In this document: one piece after another, positions 1 to 9,000 of the stretch
Position numbering within the stretch: the first letter of the stretch is position 1
Layout of the letters: every line of letters starts with the position of its first letter
Origin: Mycoplasma mycoides subsp. capri
Lineage (GTDB): Bacteria > Bacillota_I > Bacilli_A > Mycoplasmatales > Mycoplasmataceae
Assembly (NCBI RefSeq): GCF_018389705.1
Contig: NZ_CP065581.1
Location: 180,001-212,000, forward strand
Direction of reading: 5' to 3'
Length of the DNA: 32,000 nt
The notes under the pieces: model-generated
Database searches by the model: none
The model's input: only the letters and a program-made list of their open reading frames with translations
Told to the model about the DNA's origin: nothing
Translations under genes and position numbers: made by a program

Positions 1-1
1 T

Positions 2-286
2 GTTCCAGCATATCAAATTAATTTTGATAATATGGGATATTATGCAATGGGCGCTTATGAATTAGGACCAGATCCAATTATTAATATTGTAGCAGCAGCT
101 CAACAGCATGTTGATCAAGCAATTTCACTAACTTTATTTATGACTGATAAGGCAACAACTAGAGATTTAAACAAAGCATATGTTAATGCTTTTAAACAAG
201 GTTGTTCTTCAATTTATTATGTAAGAATCCGTCAAGATGTTTTAGAAAATAGTGAAAACTATGAATGTGATGCATGTAAAATTTAA
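2..286 (+). CDS. nrdE: Ribonucleoside-diphosphate reductase alpha subunit, C-terminal part (5' truncated by window)
   Basis: Open from window start in frame 2: VPAYQINFDNMGYYAMGAYELGPDPI...AQQHVDQAISLTLFMTDKATTRDLNKAY...CSSIYYVRIRQ...YECDACKI*. Typical class I RNR large-subunit C-terminus with terminal CxxC. Stop TAA 284-286. Confidence 0.9.
   Translation, partial: VPAYQINFDNMGYYAMGAYELGPDPIINIVAAAQQHVDQAISLTLFMTDKATTRDLNKAYVNAFKQGCSSIYYVRIRQDVLENSENYECDACKI
191..286 (+). repeat. Direct repeat copy 1 (in nrdE 3' end)
   Basis: 96 bp starting TTTAAACAAGGTTGTTCTTC and ending TGTAAAATTTAA; 95/96 identical to 2704-2799. Single difference at 205 (T vs C). Confidence 0.97.
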
Positions 287-306
287 AAGCTTAAATTCAA
301 CAATTT

Positions 307-334
307 ACCTTGCTTTTTTTAAAAAATGCAAGGT
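307..334 (+). terminator. Rho-independent terminator after full-length nrdE
   Basis: ACCTTGC / GCAAGGT stem extended by T-run/A-run loop, followed by TTTTTTT. Confidence 0.75.
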
Positions 335-393
335 TTTTTTGAAAAAAATGTAATATTTTTAATTATTTTTCTAATACTAATATGAGGTGAATT

Positions 394-1239
394 ATGTATA
401 AGAAAAATAAGAAACCAAAATATAATAAAGAGAAAACTATTTGTAAAGAAATAGGTTATTTCTTAAACAAAAATAATGAATATCAAATACATCCTTTTCC
501 ATCAACTGTTAATAAAGTTCCTAAGAAACTACCTGAATTCATTACTAATTTAACATTAGCTTTTTGGAATAATGAAAATGAAATAATTTGTAATCTTGAT
601 AAATGAAATCTTAAGAATGTTACATCATTAAATAGAATGTTTAAAGGTGCTAAAAGTTTTGATCAAGATATATCTAACTGAAACACTAGTAATGTTGTTG
701 ATATGCAACTTTTATTTGATGGAGCTGAAAATTTCAATCAAAATCTAAATAAGTGAGATACATCAAATGTTTTAAATATGGAAGCTATGTTTAGATCTGC
801 TTATCTTTTTAACATAGACTTAAATAAGTGAAATACATCTAAAGTACAAAATATGAGATCTATGTTTTATGAAGCACGCTCGTTTAATGGCGATATTTCA
901 ACATGAGATGTAAGCAGTGTTAAGTATATGGAATATATGTTTTACGGTGTCTTAAAATTTAATCAAGATATTTCATCTTGAAATATCAAAAACGTAATTA
1001 ATACAAGATCTATGTTTAAGAATGCAATAGGATTTAATCAGAACATTTCATATTGAAACACTTCTAATATTAAGGAAATGAGTTGAATGTTTCATAATGC
1101 TAGAAATTTTAATCAAGATATTTCATCTTGAAATGTATCAAAAGTTAATTTATTTAATAGTTTTTCGAATAATTCGAAAATAGATAAAAATAAGAAATAT
1201 TTACCAAAAAAATTTATTTCTAAAATTTCTAAAACATAA
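394..1239 (+). CDS. DUF285 / BspA-like repeat protein
   Basis: 281 codons with TGA=Trp; RBS GAGGTG at 385-389 region. About 25-aa repeats such as FNQDISSWNTSNVxxMxxMFxxAxxFNQ. No obvious signal peptide or lipobox at the N-terminus. Confidence 0.85.
640..1175 (+). repeat. Tandem degenerate ~75-bp (25-aa) DUF285 repeats inside the CDS
   Basis: Recurring W(N/D)TSNV..M..MF..A..FNQ(D/N)(I/L)S protein unit with about 75-nt spacing. Confidence 0.75.
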
Positions 1240-1299
1240 TTACTTAAATAAAATATACTATAGTTGTATAATATGTTTTTTAAAAATGGGGGTGTAAAA

Positions 1300-2019
1300 A
1301 TGAAAGTATCACCATCTGTGTTTAGTAACAAAAGGACTAAAATCTCAGAATTAGGAAAAGATATTTTTAAAAATGAGCGTATGGAATTTAACCATAAATA
1401 TGGCTTAGATGGTCTTGTTATGTTAAACAATATAAAAGACAATGCCATTCCTGTTGTTTTTTTTGACCCTCAGTATAGAGGTGTTCTAGATAAATTATCA
1501 TATGGCAATGAAGGCAAACGACAAATAAAAAGATCAGAATTACAACAAATGACTGAAGAAAAAATAGTTCATTTTATAAGGGAAATGGATAGGGTTCTTA
1601 TCCCAACAGGTCATTTATTTTTATGAGTCGATAAATTTCATTTATGTCAAGGAATTTCGGATTGAATAAAAGATACATCATTATCTATTGTTGATATGAT
1701 TGTGTGAGATAAAGAAAAAATGGGTATGGGCTATCGTACAAGACGCCAATGCGAATATTTAATTGTTTTACAAAAAAAACCAATTAGAGCTAAAAATGTC
1801 TGAAGATTAAGAAATATAAGAGATGTTTGAAAAGAAAAAATAGTAGACAAAGTTCATCCTCATCAAAAACCTATAGAGCTACAAAAAATATTAATTCAAG
1901 CAGTCTCAAATCCTGGTGATGTTATTATGGATGTTGCTGCTGGTAGTTTTTCAGTTTTAACAAGCTGTATTGAAACAGGTAGATTATTTATAGGAACCGA
2001 TATAAAGGAAAAGCAATAA
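1300..2019 (+). CDS. Type II site-specific DNA methyltransferase (beta-class motif order, probable N6-adenine or N4-cytosine)
   Basis: With TGA=Trp: motif IV-like DPQYRG, then HPHQKPIELQ, then motif I-like DVAAGSFSV...IGTDI. RBS GGGGG at 1288-1292. Stop TAA 2017-2019 overlaps the next ATG. Confidence 0.85.
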
Positions 2020-2696
2020 TGGCATTAATAGAAAAAAGAAAAAAGGAAAGAATAACAAGTGGTTCTTATGAACGTGTTTTTGGAAATAAGGAATTAGGTT
2101 CCTTAATAAGTATGGTGCATTCTACATCTATCTCAAACGGTAACGAATTAGAGAAAATCATCTTAAATAAATGCAAAAAAGTGGTGAAGGATGCAAAGGA
2201 GCTAAATTCCATTTTACAAAAGGAATTTGATGATAGTTGAGATGTTATTATAGTTCCTAAAAAAGTTATTAAAAATTCATCAATTAAAAATTCAATGGAA
2301 CCAGACTTTTTAATAATCCAAAAATCCAGTGAGACATTAAATATAATAGAACTTAAAGATGGATGAGTTTTTGATACAAAAAAGGTCGCAGGAGAGTATC
2401 AGCAGTTAATAAATTTTCAAAATGAAATATCTAAATCAATAAGTTTTATAACAAAAATTTGGATATGCAGTTTCAATAATGATAGTAAAGAAGAAATTTT
2501 TTTAGGTTTAAAAAGTAAAGTTCCTATCAAACATATTATGACAGGTGAAGAGTTTTGTGATCTATTGAATATAAGTAAGCAAGAAATTCAAAAAGAGAGA
2601 CAAAGAGATAGTGAGAAGAATTTAAACTTTTTTATCGCTGAACTTTTAAAAATAGATGATGTAAGAAATAGAATAATTGAAGAATTATCGAAATAA
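2019..2696 (+). CDS. Putative type II restriction endonuclease with PD-(D/E)xK-like motif
   Basis: 225 aa with TGA=Trp. Contains MEPDFLIIQKSSETLNIIELKDGW (PD...ExK). Start codon overlaps the methyltransferase stop codon by 1 bp (TAATG). Confidence 0.75.
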
Positions 2697-2703
2697 TCAC
2701 AAG

Positions 2704-2799
2704 TTTAAACAAGGTTGCTCTTCAATTTATTATGTAAGAATCCGTCAAGATGTTTTAGAAAATAGTGAAAACTATGAATGTGATGCATGTAAAATTTAA
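2704..2799 (+). repeat. Direct repeat copy 2: orphan nrdE C-terminal fragment (31 codons plus stop)
   Basis: Encodes FKQGCSSIYYVRIRQDVLENSENYECDACKI* identically to nrdE. The one nt change is TGT to TGC (both Cys). No nrdE sequence precedes it. Confidence 0.95.
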
Positions 2800-2808
2800 T
2801 AAATTTTT

Positions 2809-2842
2809 AACCAAGTATTAAAATTTTAGTATTTGGTTTTTT
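2809..2842 (+). terminator. Rho-independent terminator after the orphan nrdE tail
   Basis: AACCAAGTATTAAAA / TTTTAGTATTTGGTT long stem (G-T wobbles) followed by TTTTTT. Confidence 0.75.
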
Positions 2843-2930
2843 TATTTTTTTAATAATAAAAAAACAATTTTTAAAAAGTAGTTTTTAATTCTTATCTTAA
2901 TTTTTTATTTTTAAATTTTTACTAATTTTA

Positions 2931-2959
2931 TTGGAATAGAAGTTAAATAATATTATAAT
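2931..2959 (+). promoter_or_regulatory. Promoter for purA-purB-hpt
   Basis: TTGGAA (2931-2936), 17-bp spacer, TATAAT (2954-2959), about 60 bp upstream of the purA ATG. Confidence 0.65.
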
Positions 2960-3017
2960 GAATTTTTCGATATCTTTTTTAGAAGATATTTTTAAAACAC
3001 GTTCTTAAGGAGAATTT

Positions 3018-4316
3018 ATGAAAAACAACTATAAGTCATTAGTTATTGTAGGTAGCCAATGAGGGGATGAAGGTAAAGGAAAAATAACAGATTATTTTAG
3101 CCAAAAAGCTGATGTTGTTGTAAGATTTGCTGGTGGAGATAATGCTGGGCATATGATTGAATTTAATAATAAACGTCATAAAGTAACAATTATTCCATCA
3201 GGAGTATTTAACCCTAAAGTAAAAAATATTATTGGTAATGGAACAGTAATTAATTTAAAAAGTTTAGTTAATGAAATTAAAAGATTAAATGAATCAAATA
3301 TTAGTACTGATAATGTTTTTATTTCAGATAGAGCACATCTAATTTTTGATTGACATACTTTAATAGATCAATTACAAGAAGAAAATAGAAAAGAAAATAA
3401 AATAGGTACAACAAAAAGAGGAATTGGTCCTACTTATGCTGATAAAGCAGCTAGATATGGAATTAGAATTTGTGATTTTCAAAACCCTAATTTTAAAGAG
3501 ATATTAAAAGAAAACTTAGATTATCATAATCAAATCATTACTAAAGTTTATAATCATGAACCTTTAGATTTTGATGTTATTTATAATGAATTAATAACAA
3601 ATTATCAGTTTATTAAAAATAATATTATTGATAGTGGGTATGAAGTTTCTAATTTAATTAATGAAAATAAATTTGTTCTATTTGAAGGAGCTCAAGGAGT
3701 TTTATTAGATATAGATCATGGGACTTATCCATTTGTAACTTCTTCAAATTGTTCAGCTAATAATGCTTCAATTGGAACTGGAATTCATAATAAACAAATT
3801 AATAAAGTTTTAGGAATTGTTAAAGCTTATAATACTAGAGTTGGGTCTGGAGCTATGGTTAGTGAAATTAAAACAGAACTAGCTCATAAATTAAGAGAAC
3901 GTGGAAGAGAATATGGATCAAACACTGGAAAACCAAGAAGAATTGGATGATTAGATTTAGTTGCTTTAAAATATGCAATTAGAGTTGGTGGAATTGATCA
4001 ATTATTTTTAACTTTATTTGATGTTTTAGATACAGAAACAAAAATTAAAATTTGTACACATTATAAACTAGATGGAAAAATTATTGATTGATTTCCAGCA
4101 AGTGATTATGAATTAAAAAGATGTGAACCAGTTTATGAAGAATTAGATGGTTGAAATCAAGATATTACTAAAGTAACTTCTTTTGAAGAACTACCAATTA
4201 ATGCTCAAAAATACATTAAAAGAATTGAAGAAATTGTAAAAGTTCCATTTCTAGGATTTTCAGTAGGACCAGATCGTAAGCAAACAATCTTAATTAAAGG
4301 TGAATTTGATGATTAG
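3018..4316 (+). CDS. purA: Adenylosuccinate synthetase
   Basis: [27 protein letters not shown]...NNAGH...[21 protein letters not shown], ...[31 protein letters not shown]. Confidence 0.97.
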
Positions 4317-5607
4317 TAGATATCAAGTTAAAGAAATCACAGATATTTGAAGTGATCAAAATAAATACAACACTTGGTTAAAAATTGAACAATTAGTAAC
4401 TAATGGCTGAGCTGAAATTATAAAAATCAATAAGGATGATCTTTTTAAAATTAATAATGATTTAAAAGTTGATTTAAATAGAATGTTAGAAATTGAACAA
4501 GAGACAAAACATGATGTTGTTGCTTTTACTAGAATGTTATCAGAACAATTAGATAATGAAAGTAAATGAATTCATTTAGGAATTACTTCAACTGATATTG
4601 TTGACACTGCTCAAAATTATTTAATTAAACAATCTAATCAAATTGTTTTTAATGAATTAGAAAATATTTTAAAGACCTTAAAAACACTAGCTTTAGAACA
4701 TAAAAATACATTAATTATGGGAAGAACTCATGGAATGTATGGTGAACCTACTAGTTTAGGGTTAAAGTTTTGTTTATGATATGATGAATTTTTAAGACAT
4801 ATTAAACGTTTTGAATTAGCTAGAAATGATATAGAAGTTGTTAAAATATCAGGATCAATGGGAAATTATGCTAACTTAGATCCACAAATTGAATTATATG
4901 TAGCTAATAAATTAAATATGAATATTGATAGTTTATCAACTCAAGTAAGTCAAAGAGATAGACACATTTTTTTAGTTGAAGTTTTAGCAAATATTGCTTC
5001 AACTTTAGAAAAAATTTCAACTGAAATTAGATTATTTCAAAGAAGTGATGTTAATGAACTTGCTGAAGGTTTTTTAAAAAACCAAAAAGGTAGTTCTTCA
5101 ATGCCACATAAAAAAAATCCAATTTCTAGTGAAAATATAGCTGGATTAAGTAGATATATTAAATCAATTGTTCATATTGTTTTAGAAAATAATAATTTAT
5201 GACATGAAAGAGATATTTCTCATTCTTCAAATGAAAGAATTTATTTACCAGATATTTTTAATTTGACTGTTTATATATTAAAAAGAATGAATGAAACATT
5301 AACTAATTTAGTTATTAATAAAACTCAAATGTTAGAACACATTAAACAAGCTAAAAATATTTACTTTTCTCAAAGAGTTTTAACATTTATTTTATTAGAA
5401 CAAACAAATGTTACTAGAGATCAAGTTTATGATTTAATTCAACAAATCACTTTTAAATGCTCTAAAAATAATTTAGATTTTAAAACTGAAGTTTTAAATA
5501 GTAAATTAACTGAATTTGTTTCAGTAAAAAAAATAGAACAACTTTTTGATGATCAATTCTTTTTAAGACATGTTGATTATATTTTTAATAGAGTGTTTAA
5601 TAAATAA
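4309..5607 (+). CDS. purB: Adenylosuccinate lyase
   Basis: [20 protein letters not shown]...[12 protein letters not shown]...[15 protein letters not shown]...[17 protein letters not shown] signature. Overlaps purA by 8 bp. Confidence 0.97.
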
Positions 5608-5642
5608 GTTTTTATATTGGTATTAATTAAAATGGAGTTAAA

Positions 5643-6194
5643 ATGTACGATTTAAAAAACATAAAAAAAGTTTTATTTACTAAAGAACAAATCAATGAAC
5701 GTATTAAACAAGTAGCTAATCAAGTTAAACAATATTATTTAGAGCATCCACCAGTTAATGGTCCTTTAATAACAGTTGGATTATTAAAAGGTTGTGTTAT
5801 TTTTAATACAGAATTTGTTTTAAATTTTGATTATCCTATTCAAATGGATTTTATGGCTGTTTCTTCATATAATGGAATGCAATCAACTGGAGCAATTAAA
5901 ATTAAATTAGATACTAGTTTAGATTTAACTAATAGAGATGTTTTAATTGTTGAAGATATGGTTGATACTGGATTAACTTTAAGTAAAGTTAAAGAGCATA
6001 TTATATATAAAGGAGCTAATAGTGTTAAAGTAGTAACTTTAGTTGATAAAAAAGATTTTCATACTGTTGATTTTACTCCTGATTGAAATTGTTTTAATAT
6101 TGATGATTATTATATTGTTGGTTATGGTTTTGATTGTAATGAAGATTATAGAAACCTACCATACATAGCTTTATATCAACCAGATAATAATTAA
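5643..6194 (+). CDS. hpt: Hypoxanthine phosphoribosyltransferase
   Basis: ...[10 protein letters not shown]..., [14 protein letters not shown] (PRPP-binding motif), [24 protein letters not shown]-terminus after a TGA=Trp. Confidence 0.95.
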
Positions 6195-6195
6195 T

Positions 6196-6222
6196 AAGGT
6201 TCTTAAATATTTAAGAACCTTT
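6196..6222 (+). terminator. Terminator after hpt
   Basis: AAGGTTCTTAAATATTTAAGAACCTT inverted repeat followed by T-run. Confidence 0.85.
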
Positions 6223-6260
6223 TTTATTATCTTATTACAAGTTTGTATTAAATTGCTTGT

Positions 6261-6279
6261 AAAAAAAAAAAAAAAAAAA
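6261..6279 (+). repeat. Homopolymeric A19 tract
   Basis: 19 consecutive A directly upstream of the candidate promoter of the lipoprotein/PTS operon. Confidence 0.95.
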
Positions 6280-6289
6280 GTATTGCGAG

Positions 6290-6318
6290 TTGATAATATT
6301 GGATTAACCAAGCATATT
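6290..6318 (+). promoter_or_regulatory. Candidate promoter of the glycan-utilisation operon
   Basis: TTGATA (6290-6295), 17-bp spacer, CATATT (6313-6318). Inverted repeat TTGG-N5-CCAA at 6299-6311 lies within the spacer. Confidence 0.45.
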
Positions 6319-6356
6319 GGTAATAAATAAAAAAATAAAGAAAGGTTGTGCTTTAA

Positions 6357-7133
6357 GTGAAAAAAGTCTTAACTACATTAAGTGTTTTAAGTATGATAAC
6401 TATACCTATAACAATAACAGTTTCTTGTTCATCATGAAGAACAGCACCAATGACAGTTAAACAAATTTCAGATGTTTTAGATATTTATAAAAATGAATCT
6501 TTAAAGCAAATAAATTCTGATAATGTTGTAGTAATTAAGGCCAGTGGTCTTTCTAATATAGACATAAACTCTTTACAAAAAATCAAAGAAAACAGAGAAA
6601 ATAAATTAAATAAAAAAATTGAAGAAAATTCAAAACTTATTATAGATAAACTAACAGAAAAAATATCATCTGTTGTTTCAAATAAAATAATCAATTTTGA
6701 AACTATTAGTTCTGATAAAACCAATCTAAAAGACGATATTTTTTCAAAACAAATAACAAAAGATTTTATTAAAGAAAAATGAAAACCATATTATCTTACT
6801 ATTAGTTTAGCTGATATTAATTTCAATTCTTTAGTTTCTCAAAATAAAGATCAGTGATTATCTAAATTAAATGGTTTACAAACTGTTACTTTTAGAAATA
6901 AAGATAAATCTATTTCTATTGATAAAACAAATAAGCCTAAATGATTTGATACTAGTATAAACAAAGTATCTATTATAGATTCACTAAAATTAGACTCTAT
7001 GTTATCTTCAAAAACTGATACAAATTTAAAAATAAATAAAATTGTTTATTTAGTATCATTTAATGCTAATGTTTTAAATTTTAAAGATGCAAAAAACGTA
7101 GCTTTTTATATTGAACACGATTTAAATAACTAG
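6357..7133 (+). CDS. Putative lipoprotein (GTG start)
   Basis: VKKVLTTLSVLSMITIPITITVSCSSSWRTAP...: signal peptide and lipobox-like ITVS-C. Continues through TGA=Trp codons to TAG 7131-7133. First gene of an apparent operon. Confidence 0.8.
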
Positions 7134-7147
7134 AAAGGAGAATTAGT

Positions 7148-8989
7148 ATGTCAAACGATAATAAAACAATTGTTTCTAGTAACAAAGATCAATTAGAAGG
7201 ATTAAAAAATATAGTTGCTATTACTGCTTGTGCTGCTGGTGTTGCTCATACTTATATGGCAGCTGATAGTATTAGTAAAGCTGCAAAAGCACTTAATATT
7301 AATGTTCATGTTGAAACACAAGGAACAATTGGTGCTGAAAATGTTATATCAGATAAACAACTACAACAAGCTGATCTTGTTATAATTGCAGCTGATGTTA
7401 AGATTGATACTTCTAGATTTAATGGTAAAAAAATTTATATAACAGGTGTTAATGATGCAATTAAAAATCCTGAATTATTAATTAGAACAGCTTGACAACA
7501 AGCAGTAGAACAAGGTAAAAAAGGAACCAAAGTTGGTGTTTTTACAATTGGAGCTACTAAGAAAAAAGGTATATTAAACCATTTAATGACAGGTATTTCA
7601 TGAGTATTACCATTAATTATTGCAGCAGGAATATTAATGGCTATAGCTAATTTATCTGCATTTCAAACTATTTATTCAGATCAGGTTGGAGATTATACTC
7701 AAGCTTGAGTATTATATGAAAGACCTTTTCCACAATTTTTAATGAATGTAGGTTCTTTAGGATTTAAACTAGTAATACCATTATTTTCTGCATTTATTGC
7801 ATATTCAATTGCTGATAAACCAGGTATAGCTCCTGCTTTAATTGGTGGTTGAATTATTAATGATAATAAAATGCTAGGAATAAATGTTCCGGTTTCAGAA
7901 AATTCTTCTATTGAGCCAGGTGCTGGTTTTTTAGGAGCAATTATTGTTGGATTATTAGCTGGATATCTTGTTAAATTATTAAAGTCTTTACGTTGATGAA
8001 AAATTTTAAAACCTGTTGTTCCATTAATGATTATTCCTATTATTTCAGTATTTATAATTAGTACTTTTGTTAAATTTGTTATTGGAGCACCTATTGCTAA
8101 TTTAGTTTTAGGATTATTTGATGGTTTATCTGCTTTACAAGATAAATTTGCTGGAACTTCATTTGTGATTGCTTTAGTTGTTTCAATGATGATTGCTTTT
8201 GACTTAGGAGGGCCATTTAATAAAACTGCATTAGTATTTGGTACTGTTGTGTTTTATCAATCACTAGCTCAAGTGTTATCAAATGGACAAACTTTTTGAG
8301 ATGCAAACTTTGTTCCTGGAACAGCAGCTCAAGCAGCTATTTCAGTTCCACCTTTAGGAATGTTTTTAGCAACTTTATTATTTAAAAAGAAATTCACACA
8401 AAATGAACGCGTTATGGGAAAAGCTGCTTTTGCTCAAGGTATTGTTGGTATTACAGAAGGAGCAATACCATTTGCTGCAACAGATCCAATTAGAGTAATT
8501 TTTGCAAATGTAATTGGTGCTGCTGTTGCTGGAGTTGGTGTAACTTTAACTAATGCTAAATTTGCAGCAGGTTTAGGTTCACCTATAGGTGTATTTTTAG
8601 GATATATTCAATTAGATGGAATATTAGGTTGACCAATGGGATGAATTATTCCTATTTTACTAGGTATTTTAACAACTGCTTTAATCATAGGATTTACAAA
8701 ACCAAAAATTAAAGGAGAAGAATTAGAACAATTAGAAAAAGAATTAAAAGATAAAAAACTAAAACGTATTCAAGCACATAAAAACTTTAAACAAGCAATT
8801 AAAAGTCCTAAAATGATGTTTACTTTAATTAAAAAAGTGATTAAAAAATGATGAACTAACTATATAAGTGAAGTTAAAGAATTTTATTTAAATGCTTGAA
8901 AAGAAATTAAAAAATACTTTATTTTAAAATGAATGAATACTAAAAATTTCTTTAATAGATTAAAACAAATGTTTAGTAAGAAAAAATAG
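7148..8989 (+). CDS. PTS system fructose/mannosylglycerate-type EIIBC component
   Basis: EIIB motif [16 protein letters not shown], then EIIC membrane domain ([24 protein letters not shown]). Long basic C-terminal tail. Confidence 0.9.
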
Positions 8990-9000
8990 GAAACTTTATT

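Noticed and set aside
394-1239. CRISPR or non-coding tandem array suggested by ~75-bp periodicity
   Set aside because: Periodicity is the 25-aa DUF285 coding repeat; copies are degenerate at the DNA level with no spacer/repeat alternation. No CRISPR array or cas genes were seen in the window.
1113-1448. Minus-strand ORF 111 aa spanning the DUF285/methyltransferase junction
   Set aside because: Antisense to two well-supported + strand genes and without family signature.
6259-6291. A19 tract acting as the spacer between -35 (TTGCTT 6253) and -10 (GATAAT 6292)
   Set aside because: Spacer would be ~33 bp, far too long for this to be the vlp-type spacer switch; the tract is more plausibly upstream of the -35.
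6485-6724. Minus-strand ORF 79 aa antisense to the lipoprotein gene
   Set aside because: Shadow of a supported lipoprotein CDS; low-complexity.
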